Shown one piece after another: positions 18,279-31,807 of a stretch of DNA of 64,000 bases. A program made the position numbers and the translations under genes. The stretch lies in NCBI GenBank assembly GCA_030431775.1, contig JAUIHW010000021.1, positions 1,997 to 65,996 of the forward strand, read 5' to 3'. The notes beneath the pieces are model-generated. The model was not told the origin of the DNA. It ran no database searches and saw only the letters and a program-made list of their open reading frames with translations. The stretch is from Gammaproteobacteria bacterium (GTDB lineage Bacteria > Pseudomonadota > Gammaproteobacteria > Pseudomonadales > JAUIET01). Position 1 is the first letter of the stretch, and every line of letters starts with the position of its first letter.

Positions 18279-19091
18279 CTAGCGGTCGCGCAAAAACTGC
18301 CCGACGAAGCTGGGCCCATCGTATGCCAACAGATACAGGCCGATCGCGTAGGCATTAAAAAGCACCAGAAGGTATAAACCAAAATCCGTGACGAAATAGA
18401 ACAGATCGTCACGCAAGCTATACAGGCTGAACACGCCATCCAGATAAGGGGCGACGTGCCTGGCTGCGATCATTGCGGGCACCAGCAACAGCGTGGCGGC
18501 TATGCTTAGCCGGGCGAGCGGGCTCAGCAGCGGCGCTGCCCGGCGGTCCTCAGGCTGTTGGCGCAGGTAGTGAACCATTAGCAATGCGAGCAACGGCAAG
18601 CCCACCAGGCTACTGCCATGTTGCAGTAATTGATAACCCAGAACCGGCGTACTGCCCAGGGTCAGCCATTGTTCCGTCAGAAAAGGCAATGCTTCCACCC
18701 CCCAGCGTCCGCGGTGGGTAAAAGCGTCCCACAGTATATGGGTGCTCGCGCCCAGGAGTACGGCCATGGCGGACCAGCTTAGATGCGACCGCGTCATCGG
18801 CCAGTGCCAGCGACGCAGGTCTCCCAGACGCTTTTGCACCACCTCGGGCAATAGCTCAACCAGGGCGCGCCCATACAAGCCGCAAAAGGCCAGGTACAAC
18901 AGCAGCCCCAGCGGTAAACAGGCCAACAGCAGCCCGGCCCATGTATGTGTTGTTTTGTAATCCGGTCCAAACGGAACAAACAGTCCCCAGTCAGGTACCA
19001 TGGCACCAATTGCCAATGCCATAAATGGCAATCGGCGGCTTTGCCTGGCGATGGGTAGCACCGCCAGTGTATGAGTCAGGGTAAACGGCAT
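18279..19091 (-). CDS. DUF4184-like integral membrane protein
   Basis: 'MPFTLTHTLAVLPIA...AIGAMVPDWGLF' and 'STHILWDAFTH' resemble the DUF4184 family, with multiple TM helices. Start set at ATG 19091 rather than 19181. Confidence 0.5.
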   Translation of the reverse strand: MPFTLTHTLAVLPIARQSRRLPFMALAIGAMVPDWGLFVPFGPDYKTTHTWAGLLLACLPLGLLLYLAFCGLYGRALVELLPEVVQKRLGDLRRWHWPMTRSHLSWSAMAVLLGASTHILWDAFTHRGRWGVEALPFLTEQWLTLGSTPVLGYQLLQHGSSLVGLPLLALLMVHYLRQQPEDRRAAPLLSPLARLSIAATLLLVPAMIAARHVAPYLDGVFSLYSLRDDLFYFVTDFGLYLLVLFNAYAIGLYLLAYDGPSFVGQFLRDR

Positions 19092-19248
19092 TGCAAAATC
19101 GACACCCGAAATAGGTCTGTTTTTCAGTGTAGTTTTTATCCGGTCGGTGCCTGCGCTATCGGACAGTCCGGCGTTGAGCAAACAACAGAAATGTGAACCA
19201 GTTCCTGGCTCTGACAGCCAGGGCTGGATGTGTTAACGAGAGGTGAAT

Positions 19249-20127
19249 ATGGCGTATTCGAGCAAGCAGCAAGGTACTCAGCAGTATGGCCGGGATGGCT
19301 ACGAATTTATTGTGGTGGACCAACCGGCCAATCACATCCGACGCATCACGCTCAACCGCCCGGAAAAACGCAATGCGCTGCATCACCCGCTGCGCGGTGA
19401 ACTGCTGGATGCCCTACAAAGCGCCGACAGTGACCCAGACGTGCGGGTAATGATCGTGCGCGGAGCCGGGAGCTGCTTTTCTGCTGGTTACGACCTGGGC
19501 GGAGGCAACGAGGGCTTCGGATACCCGTTCCATACAGCCGGCGGAGACAGCCAGTGGCCGCGCCATGTTGTGGAGTCCTGGATGCGCATCTGGGACCTGG
19601 CTAAGCCGGTGATTGCCCAGGTACACGGTTATTGTTTGGCTGGCGGTAGTGAGCTGGCCACCGGCTGCGACCTGGTGTATGTCGCCCACGATGCGCAGAT
19701 AGGCTATCCGGCTGTGCGCTTCGGGGTTCCGGATATGCAGTTTCACCCGTGGCTGCTCGGTATGCGAAAGGGTATGGAGATGTTGCTTACCGGCGACTCA
19801 GTCAGCGGCGTAGAAGCCGTGCAGCGTGGTTGGGCCACCAACAGCTTCCCGGCTGATGAGCTGGAAGAGGCCGTTCTGAAACAGGCCGGCCGTATCGCCG
19901 ACATACCGCCAGACATTGTGGCGTTGAACAAACGCGCGGTACACCGCCAGATGGAAGCTATGGGCCTGCGAAACGGCCTCCGCGCCGGTACCGAAATCTG
20001 TGCTTTAGGCACTCATCAAGAAAGCTTCAAAGCGTTTCTGGAAGCTACAGAGGGCGGTACCAAGCTAACTGACGCCTTGCAAAAACGAGATGAAAAGTTC
20101 GGTGATTATCGTACCCAAAAAGATTAG
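19249..20127 (+). CDS. enoyl-CoA hydratase/isomerase (crotonase) family protein
   Basis: 'ITLNRPEKRNAL', 'VRGAGSCFSAGYDL' and 'HGYCLAGGSELATGCDL' are crotonase motifs. The position of the second catalytic Glu reads 'GYPAV', so it appears absent. ATG at 19249 with a GAGAGG SD. Confidence 0.85.
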   Translation: MAYSSKQQGTQQYGRDGYEFIVVDQPANHIRRITLNRPEKRNALHHPLRGELLDALQSADSDPDVRVMIVRGAGSCFSAGYDLGGGNEGFGYPFHTAGGDSQWPRHVVESWMRIWDLAKPVIAQVHGYCLAGGSELATGCDLVYVAHDAQIGYPAVRFGVPDMQFHPWLLGMRKGMEMLLTGDSVSGVEAVQRGWATNSFPADELEEAVLKQAGRIADIPPDIVALNKRAVHRQMEAMGLRNGLRAGTEICALGTHQESFKAFLEATEGGTKLTDALQKRDEKFGDYRTQKD

Positions 20128-20166
20128 TCTGTAGCCACACCATACATAAGCTTCAAAGGAGGTTGC

Positions 20167-21339
20167 GTGAGCAAGCCCAGAATACCGCGCGACAAGGACA
20201 ATGATTACCAACCTGGTGCGGCGGCCATGCGACGAGCGTTCATCGCAGAGCAAACCGGTGTGCAGTTGAGCCATGTTGGCCAGTTTTCGACGCCTGTCGA
20301 AGCGGTATCCGGCAATTGTGAGAATTTCTCGGGCATGACCCAGATACCTCTGGGGCTGGCGGGACCGGTATTAATCAATGGTGAACACGCCCAGGGCGAG
20401 TTCTATGTTCCATTGGCCACTACAGAAGGCACATTGGTAGCAAGCTACAACCGTGGCATGCGCGCAATTTCTGCCAGCGGTGGGATTACCACCACTGTCT
20501 TTGATGATGTGATGCAGCGCTCTCCGGCGTTCCGGTTTTCCTCCGCTCGCGAGGTTAAGCGTTTTATGCAATGGTTTGACGAGCACTACATGCTGATCAA
20601 GGAGCAGGCGGAGTCGACCAGTTCGGTGGCCGAGCTGCAGTTTGTGCAACGCTGGCCCGTGCACAATATTCTGTACAGCCGTTGGAATTACGCCACCGGC
20701 GATGCCGCCGGGCAAAACATGGTCTCCAAGGCAACCGACCATGCAGCAAATTGGATCCTGGCCAACTACCCGGGAGAATCTCCCTGTTACGCCTTCAGTG
20801 GTGCAATCGACACCGACAAAAAGCACTCCCATATGAACCTGATGCACAGCCGTGGCAAACGGGTGGTCGCTGAAGTTATTCTGAAAAAAGAGGTACTGCA
20901 GTCGCTGTTCCGAATTGACGCGCAGTCTATTCAGAATTTTCGGAATATTGCCGTAGTAGGCAATCAGCTCGCCCAGTCCGCCTATACCGGTGGCCATTCA
21001 GCAAATGGTATCGCGTCCTTCTTTCTTGCCACCGGCCAGGACGAAGCGAATGTCGTTGAATCACACGCTGGGCAAACCCTGTCTGAGGTGCTGCCAAACG
21101 GCGATCTGTACTGGAGCTGGACTTTACCTTCGCTGATTGTCGCCACCTTTGGCGGGGGCACCGGCCTGCCAACCCAGCGCGAATGTCTGGAAATGATGGA
21201 TTGTTACGGTAAAGGCAAAGCCCGCAAACTGGCGGAAATCGTAGCGGCTGTGGTCGCCGCTGGAGACATCTCTATCGCTTCGGCCATAGTGGCTAACGAG
21301 TTTGTTAATTCACACGAAACCTATGGTCGCAATCGTTGA
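20167..21339 (+). CDS. hydroxymethylglutaryl-CoA reductase-like protein (class I-type catalytic domain)
   Basis: 'ATTEGTLVASYNRG', 'GDAAGQNM', 'DTDKK', 'TGQDEAN' and 'NSHETYGRNR' line up with class I HMGR motifs, including the Glu/Lys/Asp/His catalytic positions. GTG start with an AGGAGG SD, 39 nt after the crotonase stop. Confidence 0.75.
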   Translation: MSKPRIPRDKDNDYQPGAAAMRRAFIAEQTGVQLSHVGQFSTPVEAVSGNCENFSGMTQIPLGLAGPVLINGEHAQGEFYVPLATTEGTLVASYNRGMRAISASGGITTTVFDDVMQRSPAFRFSSAREVKRFMQWFDEHYMLIKEQAESTSSVAELQFVQRWPVHNILYSRWNYATGDAAGQNMVSKATDHAANWILANYPGESPCYAFSGAIDTDKKHSHMNLMHSRGKRVVAEVILKKEVLQSLFRIDAQSIQNFRNIAVVGNQLAQSAYTGGHSANGIASFFLATGQDEANVVESHAGQTLSEVLPNGDLYWSWTLPSLIVATFGGGTGLPTQRECLEMMDCYGKGKARKLAEIVAAVVAAGDISIASAIVANEFVNSHETYGRNR

Positions 21340-21354
21340 TGTTTGGTACCGCTG

Positions 21355-21762
21355 TCAACTCTGCAGATGCACCAGCACTGTACGTTGCCCAGGCTGATGC
21401 CGATGCTCCCACAGGTAAACCCCCTGCCAGGTGCCCAGGGCCAACTCACCGCACACCACCGGTATGCTCAACGAGGTGGCCGTTAGTGCAGCCTTGATGT
21501 GGGCCGGCATATCATCGGGTCCTTCCAGAGTGTGGGTATACAAAGGATCATTCTCCGGCACCAGCCGATTCAGCCAGTTTTCCAAATCGTGCTGTGCACT
21601 GGGGTCGTAGTTTTCCTGAATCAACAGGCTGGCCGACGTGTGCTGGATAAACAGCGTGCACAAGCCTTCTGATAAATTGCTGCTGCTAACTAAATTCTTT
21701 AGCTCGGTGGTAAAACTGTGCAAGCCCTGATGCTTGACAGCAATTTCCAGGGTTTTAATCAA
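21355..21762 (-). CDS. yjbQ: YjbQ/UPF0047 family protein (secondary thiamine-phosphate synthase-like)
   Basis: 'HTSASLLIQENYDP...PDDMPAHIKAALT...LGTWQGVYLWEHR' is typical of YjbQ. TTG start. Confidence 0.85.
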   Translation of the reverse strand: MIKTLEIAVKHQGLHSFTTELKNLVSSSNLSEGLCTLFIQHTSASLLIQENYDPSAQHDLENWLNRLVPENDPLYTHTLEGPDDMPAHIKAALTATSLSIPVVCGELALGTWQGVYLWEHRHQPGQRTVLVHLQS

Positions 21763-21809
21763 GCTTATTGCCTTCTGTGCACGCTTTGCGGGCTAAGAAA
21801 GCCCTTATG

Positions 21810-23642
21810 CTATTCCACCGTTACCGATTTTGCCAGGTTTCTTGGTTGGTCAACGTCTGTGCCTTTGATAATGGCCACATGATAGGACAGCAGTTGCAGC
21901 GGTATGGTGTAGATGATCGGAGCCACTAACGGGTCACAATGCGGTACCTGTAAGGCTTTCATCGTGTCATCGCTTTCAAAGGCCGCATCCTTGTCCGCAA
22001 ACACATACATCAGACCGCCTCGAGCGCGCACTTCCTCTACATTGGATTTCAATTTTTCCACCAGCTCGTTGTTCGGCGCAACGACGATAACCGGCATATC
22101 GGCATCGATCAGCGCCAAGGGACCGTGCTTGAGTTCACCGGCGGCGTAGGCTTCGGCGTGGATATAGGATATTTCCTTTAGCTTAAGCGCTCCTTCCATC
22201 GCAATTGGGTACTGGTCGCCGCGACCAAGAAACAGGCTGTGGTGTTTTTCCGCGAAGTCTTCCGCCAGCGCCTGAATGGCATCGTCCATACTCAAGGCCT
22301 GCTCTATTTTGGCCGGCAGACTGAGCAGTGCATCGATGATCTGCTGTTCGCTTTCCTGGGTCATGCCACGATGCCGCCCAATGGCCGCTACCAGCATCAG
22401 CAGGCCGGCCAGCTGTACGGTGAAGGCCTTGGTGGACGCAACACCTATCTCTGCACCCGCTTTCATCATAAAAGCCATATCCGATTCACGAGTCAGCGAG
22501 GAACCCGGCACATTACAGACAGTCAGGCTTGCGGCAAAGCCCTGCTCTTTCGCCAGTCGTAAGGCGGCCAGCGTGTCGGCGGTTTCGCCACTTTGTGAAA
22601 TAGTGACCAACAGACTGTTCGGGTGAACAAACGATTTTCGATAGCGATACTCTGAGGCAATCTCTACATTACAGGAAATATTTGCCAAGCCTTCCAGCCA
22701 ATAGCGTGCTGTCATAGCGGCATGGTAACTGGTGCCACAGGCAATGATCTGAACGTGTTCGATGTTGGCTAACAGCTTATCAGAGTCTTCACCAAATACA
22801 TTCTTTGCCAGTTCGCCGGCTACGATACGCTGCTCCAGGGTATTTTGAATAGCAACCGGCTGCTCATAGATTTCCTTGAGCATGTAATGGCGAAACTTAC
22901 CTTTACCGCCAGCGTCATGATCAATATCGGCTTCGCGAATTTCACGCTCTACCGGCGTACCATCCACGGCAAATATTCGCACTGCTCGACGACTGACCTC
23001 GGCAACGTCGCCTTCCTCAAGAAAGGAAAACCTTCGGGTTACCGGCAACAGGGCCAGCTGGTCGGATGCCACAAAGTTCTCACCGATGCCGTAACCAATG
23101 ACCAGCGGGCTCCCAGAGCGCGCAACCACCAAAGTTTCAGGCTGGGTTTTGTCCATTACGACGGTGCCATAGGCACCTTCCAGTTGCTTAACCGTTTTCT
23201 GTACCGCCTCAAGCAAAGAATCAGAGGACTGCAACTCACTTTCAACCAGGTGAGCGATCACCTCGCTATCAGTTTCGGTCACAAACTCATAGCCCCTGGC
23301 TTCCAGAGCGGCTCGAAGCTCCGCATGGTTTTCAATAATGCCATTGTGAACGATGACAATGCGGTCGCTGGAAGCATGTGGATGCGCATTGGTTTCATTC
23401 GGTTGTCCATGCGTGGCCCAGCGGGTATGCGCTATTCCTGTGCCACCACCCAGTCCCTGCTCCTGCACGGCGTCAACCAGCGACTGTACCTTGCCTACGC
23501 GCCGTACGCGCTGCAATCGACAATCGCTGTCCGTCACAGCAATGCCGGCCGAGTCATAGCCGCGATACTCCAGTCGCTGCAAACCTAGCAATAAGATATC
23601 AGCAACATCACGTTGCGCTACCGCGCCTACTATTCCACACAT
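21810..23642 (-). CDS. glmS: glutamine--fructose-6-phosphate aminotransferase
   Basis: 'MCGIVGAV' Ntn start, two SIS domains, C-terminal 'AKSVTVE'. 610 aa. Confidence 0.97.
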   Translation of the reverse strand: MCGIVGAVAQRDVADILLLGLQRLEYRGYDSAGIAVTDSDCRLQRVRRVGKVQSLVDAVQEQGLGGGTGIAHTRWATHGQPNETNAHPHASSDRIVIVHNGIIENHAELRAALEARGYEFVTETDSEVIAHLVESELQSSDSLLEAVQKTVKQLEGAYGTVVMDKTQPETLVVARSGSPLVIGYGIGENFVASDQLALLPVTRRFSFLEEGDVAEVSRRAVRIFAVDGTPVEREIREADIDHDAGGKGKFRHYMLKEIYEQPVAIQNTLEQRIVAGELAKNVFGEDSDKLLANIEHVQIIACGTSYHAAMTARYWLEGLANISCNVEIASEYRYRKSFVHPNSLLVTISQSGETADTLAALRLAKEQGFAASLTVCNVPGSSLTRESDMAFMMKAGAEIGVASTKAFTVQLAGLLMLVAAIGRHRGMTQESEQQIIDALLSLPAKIEQALSMDDAIQALAEDFAEKHHSLFLGRGDQYPIAMEGALKLKEISYIHAEAYAAGELKHGPLALIDADMPVIVVAPNNELVEKLKSNVEEVRARGGLMYVFADKDAAFESDDTMKALQVPHCDPLVAPIIYTIPLQLLSYHVAIIKGTDVDQPRNLAKSVTVE

Positions 23643-25007
23643 CTATTTGTCCTTGCTTGGCCGTTTCCAGCCATCAATATTTCGTTGCTTACCACGCCCG
23701 ATGGCAAGCTGTTCGTTATCTATTGTTTTTGTTATGGTGGAACCAGCGCCGACAAAGCCGTCTGCCTTGATTTCCAACGGTGCGACCAAAGTGCTGTTTG
23801 AACCGATAAATACACGGTCACCAAGCACTGTTTTGTGCTTATTTGCCCCATCGTAATTGCAGGTGATAGTACCCGCACCCACGTTACATTGCTCACCAAT
23901 CTGCGAGTCACCAACATACGAGAGATGGTTGACCTTACTGCCTTTGCCAAGCTCGGACTTTTTCATTTCAACAAAGTTACCCACCTTGGCACCCTCGCGT
24001 AGCACACTGCCCGGCCGCAGGCGTGCAAATGGGCCGATATTGGCATGGTCTTCGACAACGGCATCTTCAATAACCGAATTCGCCTTAATAACCACGTTAT
24101 TTCCGATGCGGCTATTGATAAGGATTACATTCGGTTCAACATACACCCCGTCGCCCAACTCGCAACGGCCTTCAAAGACACAGTTGACGTCGATAGTGGT
24201 GTCCTGGCCACAGCGCAGGGAACCGCGCAGATCAAATCGTTTGGGGTCGAGAACCGTCACACCTTGCTGCAACAGTTGCTCGGCCTGTTGCTGCTGGTAA
24301 ATTCGCTCAAGCTCAACCAGCTGACTGCGGCTATTAACCCCCTGTACCTCGGCCAGATCCTGCGGTTGGACCGTTTCGATATTGACTCCACTACCAGCAC
24401 ACAGGCTGATCAGGTCGGTTAGGTAGTATTCCTTCTGGGCATTGTCATTGGAGAGTTGCGGTAACAGCTCTGACAACAGCTTACCGGGAAGCGCCATGAA
24501 GCCCGTGTTGACTTCAGTGACTTTCAACTGCTCAGTATTGGCATCCTTTTGTTCTACAATTTCGGAGACCTTATTGTTTGAATCGCGAATGATTCGACCA
24601 TAGCCGCTTGGATCCGCAAAAACAGCGGTTAATAAGGCCAGGCTGCCCTGCGCGGCTAATTCGACCAATCGTTGCAGAGTCTTGGTCTGTATCAGCGGTA
24701 CATCCCCATACAAAACGATGGCGATACTGTCGCTGCGTAAGTTGGGCAGGGCCTGTTGTACGGCATGGCCGGTACCCAGTTGCTCGCTTTGTATTGCGAA
24801 CTGAATGTCAGCCGAACTGTCTTCTGCTCGAACCTGCTCAGCGCCGTGCCCGATAACGATGTGTAACTGGGCATCTTGCAGTTGGCGGGCGGTCCCGATT
24901 ACATGCGAAAGCATGCTTTTGCCGGCCAGCGGGTGCAGGACCTTGGGCAGGGCCGAACGCATGCGAGTACCCTGACCGGCGGCCAGAATGATGACATCAA
25001 CCTTCAC
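23643..25007 (-). CDS. glmU: bifunctional UDP-N-acetylglucosamine pyrophosphorylase / GlcN-1-P acetyltransferase
   Basis: 'ILAAGQGTRM' followed by a C-terminal hexapeptide-repeat domain. The stop codon directly abuts the glmS ATG. Confidence 0.97.
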   Translation of the reverse strand: MKVDVIILAAGQGTRMRSALPKVLHPLAGKSMLSHVIGTARQLQDAQLHIVIGHGAEQVRAEDSSADIQFAIQSEQLGTGHAVQQALPNLRSDSIAIVLYGDVPLIQTKTLQRLVELAAQGSLALLTAVFADPSGYGRIIRDSNNKVSEIVEQKDANTEQLKVTEVNTGFMALPGKLLSELLPQLSNDNAQKEYYLTDLISLCAGSGVNIETVQPQDLAEVQGVNSRSQLVELERIYQQQQAEQLLQQGVTVLDPKRFDLRGSLRCGQDTTIDVNCVFEGRCELGDGVYVEPNVILINSRIGNNVVIKANSVIEDAVVEDHANIGPFARLRPGSVLREGAKVGNFVEMKKSELGKGSKVNHLSYVGDSQIGEQCNVGAGTITCNYDGANKHKTVLGDRVFIGSNSTLVAPLEIKADGFVGAGSTITKTIDNEQLAIGRGKQRNIDGWKRPSKDK

Positions 25008-25053
25008 GTGTTGGAGCTCCAGAAAGCGTGCTGAACAGTATTAAAAAATAGCA

Positions 25054-25080
25054 TAAAAAAAGGGAAGCCATGGCTTCCCT
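25054..25080 (-). terminator. rho-independent terminator after atpC
   Basis: On the minus strand: AGGGAAGCC-AT-GGCTTCCCT (9-bp stem) followed by TTTTTTT, 19 nt downstream of the atpC stop. Confidence 0.7.
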
Positions 25081-25099
25081 TCTTCCGCAACTGTTCCAC

Positions 25100-25522
25100 T
25101 CAACGCATTTTCTTGCGTATTTCCTGAACGGTTCTGAGCTGAGCCGCCGCTTCGGCAAGTTGGGCTGCTGCCTTAGTGTAATTCACATCGGAGGATTTTT
25201 GCGCAAGCTCTTGCTCTGCCAGCTTTTGGGCTTCGAGCGCCGCGGCTTCATCGACATCATCGGCCCGAACAGCCGTATCCGCCAAGATCGAGACAGTCCG
25301 GCTTTGCACTTCAAGAAAGCCGCCTGAAGCATAGAAAATCTGCTGTTCCCCACCGGCCAAGGTGATCCTTACCGGGCCAGGGACCAGCTTGGTCAACAGC
25401 GGGGAGTGCCCCGGATAGATACCGAGTTCACCGCTGGTACCGGTTGCCGACACAACCTCCACCAGGCCCGAGAAAATCTCTTCCTCTGCGCTCACTATGT
25501 CGCAATGAACGGTCATTGCCAT
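25100..25522 (-). CDS. atpC: F0F1 ATP synthase subunit epsilon
   Basis: 140 aa at the last position of the atp operon, with typical epsilon sequence. Confidence 0.95.
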   Translation of the reverse strand: MAMTVHCDIVSAEEEIFSGLVEVVSATGTSGELGIYPGHSPLLTKLVPGPVRITLAGGEQQIFYASGGFLEVQSRTVSILADTAVRADDVDEAAALEAQKLAEQELAQKSSDVNYTKAAAQLAEAAAQLRTVQEIRKKMR

Positions 25523-25549
25523 AACTCTGTTCCTGCCGAGTGGCTCTGT

Positions 25550-26959
<1,410 letters not shown>

Positions 26960-27019
26960 CTATTCAATTCGCTATCTCTATCGCCGAAGCACTGGCTTCG
27001 GCCCGGTTTTGTCGCCAGT

Positions 27020-27889
27020 CTAGCTGACGGCTGCTGCACCACTGACAATCTCCGACAGCTCCTGGGTAATTGCTGCCTGTCGGGCCTTGTTGTAAATCAA
27101 TTGCAGTTCTTCGATCAGATCACCGGCGTTTTCCGTGGCGTTCTTCATTGCAATCATTCGCGCGGCTTGCTCACAGGCCAGATTTTCAACCACGGCCTGA
27201 TACACCTGCGACTCTATAAAACGACCCAGCAACTCTGTCAGCAGCTCGTTGGCATCATCGGGCTCGTAAATATAGTCCCAGTGGGCCTTCTGCATGGCTT
27301 CGTCTTCGGCCGGAGGGAGTGGCAATATCTGCTCCACTTCCGGCTGTTGGGTCATGGTATTGACGAACTTATTGCTAACCAGATAGATCCTGTCCAGGCG
27401 CTGTTCGTCATAGGCATCCAGCATGGTTTTAACCGCGCCAATCAGGTCCTCTATGTGCGGCGCATCGCCAAGATCGCGGGTGGATGCAATAACATTCCCA
27501 CCTACACTATTGAAAAACCCCTGAGCTTTCCCGCCAATCAAGGCAAGATCAACCTCAACGCCCTGATCAGACCATTCTTTCATGGAACGAATGGCGGCCT
27601 TGAAAGTATTAATATTCAGACCACCGCACAGGCCTCGATCCGACGAAACAATAATGTAGCCAACGCGCTTGATCTCTCGCTGCTCCATGTACGCATGCTG
27701 CACTTCGGAGTTCGATAAGGCGATGTGACTGGCAACCGAACGAATATGCTGAGCGTAGGGCTTGCCTGCCTGCATTCTATCCTGCGCTTTGCGCATTTTG
27801 CTGGCCGCAACCATTTCCATTGCACTGGTTATTTTCTGGGTACTGCCAATGCTGGAGATTTTGGTGCGTATTTCTTTTCCAACCGCCAT
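27020..27889 (-). CDS. atpG: F0F1 ATP synthase subunit gamma
   Basis: '[18 protein letters not shown]' N-terminus. 289 aa. Confidence 0.97.
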   Translation of the reverse strand: MAVGKEIRTKISSIGSTQKITSAMEMVAASKMRKAQDRMQAGKPYAQHIRSVASHIALSNSEVQHAYMEQREIKRVGYIIVSSDRGLCGGLNINTFKAAIRSMKEWSDQGVEVDLALIGGKAQGFFNSVGGNVIASTRDLGDAPHIEDLIGAVKTMLDAYDEQRLDRIYLVSNKFVNTMTQQPEVEQILPLPPAEDEAMQKAHWDYIYEPDDANELLTELLGRFIESQVYQAVVENLACEQAARMIAMKNATENAGDLIEELQLIYNKARQAAITQELSEIVSGAAAVS

Positions 27890-27926
27890 AAGAGCTTACT
27901 CGCCTTGCCTGTTGTCCAGTGTCTGC

Positions 27927-29471
27927 TTACCAGGTTTGGGTTGAGACAAATTTGTCCAGCGCTTCCTTGAATGATGCAGCAATGTCATCGTCGTAGTTAC
28001 CACTGTCATTAATGCCGCTCATCAGCTCGCCGTAGCTGCTGTTCATAAAAGAGTGCAGCGCCGTCTCGAAATCACCGACTTTGTTCACCGTAACTTCTTT
28101 CAAATATCCTTCGTTGGCCGCGTACAGGCTGACCGCCATTTCTGAAACAGACAAAGGCGAATATTGTTTCTGCTTCATCAGCTCGGTAACGCGCTCACCA
28201 TGATCAAGCTGCGCCTTGGTGGCCTCATCCAGGTCTGATGCAAACTGAGAGAAGGCCGCCAGCTCACGATATTGCGCAAGCGCTGTTCGTACGCCACCAG
28301 CCAGCTTTTTGATGATCTTGGTTTGCGCCGAGCCACCAACCCGCGATACCGACAGACCAGCGTTGATAGCCGGTCGAGTACCCGCATTGAACAGGTCGGT
28401 CTCGAGGAAAATCTGACCGTCGGTAATCGAGATGACGTTGGTAGGTACGAATGCCGATACATCCCCAGCCTGAGTTTCAATCACTGGCAGAGCCGTCAGC
28501 GAGCCGGTTTTTCCTTTTACTTCACCGTTGGTGAAGTTTTCAACGTAATCAGCATTCACCCGTGCGGCTCTTTCCAGCAGACGGGAGTGCAGATAGAACA
28601 CGTCTCCCGGATAAGCTTCCCGACCGGGCGGGCGTCGCAGCAACAGGCTGATCTGACGATACGCCCAGGCTTGCTTGGTAAGATCGTCGTAGATAATCAG
28701 AGCGTCCTGCCCACGATCGCGGTAATACTCACCCATGGTACAACCGGCAAACGGTGCCAGGTACTGCATGGACGCCGGATCAGAAGCACCAGCCATAACA
28801 ATGGTGGTATGCTCCATTGCACCGTGTTCTTCAAGCTTTCGAACAATAGATGCAACCGACGACTGCTTCTGGCCTATCGCGACGTATATACACTTAATTC
28901 CCGTGCCTTTCTGATTAATGATTGCATCCACGGCGATCGCGGTTTTACCAATCTGGCGGTCACCAATAATCAATTCACGCTGGCCACGGCCAATCGGCAC
29001 CATCGCATCAATCGCTTTCAGGCCGATCTGTACCGGCTGGTCAACTGACTGACGGGCAATTACGCCCGGTGCAACTTTCTCTAGCGCGTCATTGAGCTTG
29101 GCGTTGATCGGGCCCTTACCGTCCAGCGGATTACCCAGAGCGTCAACCACCCGGCCTTCCAACTCCGGGCCCACCGGTACTTCGAGGATTCTACCCGTGC
29201 AACGGCAGGTTTGACCTTCTCGCAGCGACTTGTATTCGCCCAGAACAACCGCACCAACTGAGTCGCGTTCCAGATTGAGCGCCATTCCATAGACGCCACC
29301 TTCAAACTCGACCATTTCCCCGTACATTACATCGGCAAGGCCATGAATGCGGATAATACCGTCCGATACACTAACAATCGTACCTTCGTTCTGTGCTTCC
29401 GTCGCAACATCAAGCTGATCAATTCGTTGTTTGATGATCTCGCTGATTTCGGTTGGATTCAGCTGCTGCAT
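27927..29471 (-). CDS. atpA: F0F1 ATP synthase subunit alpha
   Basis: '[17 protein letters not shown]' start at ATG 29471 and 'GDRQIGKT' Walker A. The 41-codon upstream extension of the ORF track overlaps atpH and was rejected. Confidence 0.97.
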   Translation of the reverse strand: MQQLNPTEISEIIKQRIDQLDVATEAQNEGTIVSVSDGIIRIHGLADVMYGEMVEFEGGVYGMALNLERDSVGAVVLGEYKSLREGQTCRCTGRILEVPVGPELEGRVVDALGNPLDGKGPINAKLNDALEKVAPGVIARQSVDQPVQIGLKAIDAMVPIGRGQRELIIGDRQIGKTAIAVDAIINQKGTGIKCIYVAIGQKQSSVASIVRKLEEHGAMEHTTIVMAGASDPASMQYLAPFAGCTMGEYYRDRGQDALIIYDDLTKQAWAYRQISLLLRRPPGREAYPGDVFYLHSRLLERAARVNADYVENFTNGEVKGKTGSLTALPVIETQAGDVSAFVPTNVISITDGQIFLETDLFNAGTRPAINAGLSVSRVGGSAQTKIIKKLAGGVRTALAQYRELAAFSQFASDLDEATKAQLDHGERVTELMKQKQYSPLSVSEMAVSLYAANEGYLKEVTVNKVGDFETALHSFMNSSYGELMSGINDSGNYDDDIAASFKEALDKFVSTQTW

Positions 29472-29538
29472 TCTCAAATCCTCTAGCGTTTCTTCATTTG
29501 TTTCGGCGCGCCTAACGACCGCACCATTGTTGTGTCGG

Positions 29539-30075
29539 TCAGACGCCCAAACTGTCTGCCAATTTACCCAATTTGCCGCGCATTGAGCCGTCAATCACCA
29601 GATCACCCGCCCGAACGATAACACCACCCAACAGGCTTTTATCGACCGAGCTGGTCAAGCGAACACTCCGGTCAAGTTTCTTTTGCAGGGCTTGCGCGAG
29701 GTGCTTCTCGGCCGCATCATCCAGCGGAAAAGCGCTGCTTACTTCAACATCCACAGTGCGCTCAAGCGCCGCTTTCATCTGTTCAAACTGGCGAACCAGT
29801 TCAGGCAATAACGGAAGACGACCATTCTCCGCCAGCAGATAAAGGAGGTTTTTTGCTTGTTGATCCAGCGCATCGCCACAGACATCTATCATAGCTGACG
29901 CTCGCTGTTCAGCACTGACCGCCGGTGATTCGCACAGCATTTTGATCTTGTCCTGTCCGGCAACTGCGGCCAGCAGGTTTAGCGCGGTTGACCAGCTCTC
30001 CAACGAGCTGGTTTCGTTCGCCCGGTCAAATACAGCGCGCGCATAGGGTCTGGCCAGTGTCGCAAGTTCCGCCAT
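29539..30075 (-). CDS. atpH: F0F1 ATP synthase subunit delta
   Basis: 178 aa, '[10 protein letters not shown]' N-terminus, correct operon position. Confidence 0.95.
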   Translation of the reverse strand: MAELATLARPYARAVFDRANETSSLESWSTALNLLAAVAGQDKIKMLCESPAVSAEQRASAMIDVCGDALDQQAKNLLYLLAENGRLPLLPELVRQFEQMKAALERTVDVEVSSAFPLDDAAEKHLAQALQKKLDRSVRLTSSVDKSLLGGVIVRAGDLVIDGSMRGKLGKLADSLGV

Positions 30076-30111
30076 ATCAGTTACTACCTGTGTTTGTGGT
30101 CGTTGTATTGA

Positions 30112-30582
30112 TCACAGCTCAGCAGCCACCTTGTCCAACATTTGTTGGTGTGCACCTTGATCCACAGACGATTGCAGGATCTTCTCAGCGCCCACAACCG
30201 CCAGCTTAGAAACCTTGGCACGCAAGTCTTCCCGGGCCCGGTTGTACTCCTGATCAATCTCGGCCTGAGCTGCTTCCTTAATACGCTCACCTTCGACTCT
30301 GGCCTGTTCTTTGGCCTCATCAACGATCTGGCTGGCGCGCTTGTTTGCCTGCTCAATGATCCCAGCCGCTTCCTGCTTGGCTTCCCGTAGCTTGTCTGCA
30401 GCACTGTCCTGCGCCAGTCGAAGGTCATTTTGCGCGCGTTCAGCGGCGTTCAGGCCATCGGCAATCTCTTTCTGGCGAGCCTGCATGGCCTCAACGATCG
30501 GCGGCCAAACGTATTTACGGCATATCCAAACAAAGATCGCAAAGCTGATCAGCTGTGCAAACAACGTAAGATTAATATTCAC
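30112..30582 (-). CDS. atpF: F0F1 ATP synthase subunit b
   Basis: One N-terminal TM helix followed by a long charged helix. 156 aa. Confidence 0.95.
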   Translation of the reverse strand: MNINLTLFAQLISFAIFVWICRKYVWPPIVEAMQARQKEIADGLNAAERAQNDLRLAQDSAADKLREAKQEAAGIIEQANKRASQIVDEAKEQARVEGERIKEAAQAEIDQEYNRAREDLRAKVSKLAVVGAEKILQSSVDQGAHQQMLDKVAAEL

Positions 30583-30641
30583 GTCTCTTCCTCATGTCTT
30601 GCAGTCATTGGCAAGGGCGCACAACGCCCAGTAGCGGTGGC

Positions 30642-30881
<240 letters not shown>

Positions 30882-30923
30882 TTAAGAGTAAAGCGTAAGT
30901 GTTTAGGTGTTGAAAGTCACCGG

Positions 30924-31799
<876 letters not shown>

Positions 31800-31807
31800 T
31801 CAATCTC

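Noticed and set aside
21763-21809. Possible Tn7-type insertion or island at the attTn7 position downstream of glmS
   Set aside because: Only 47 nt separate the glmS stop from yjbQ. There are no Tn7 end repeats and no tns genes, so the site appears unoccupied.
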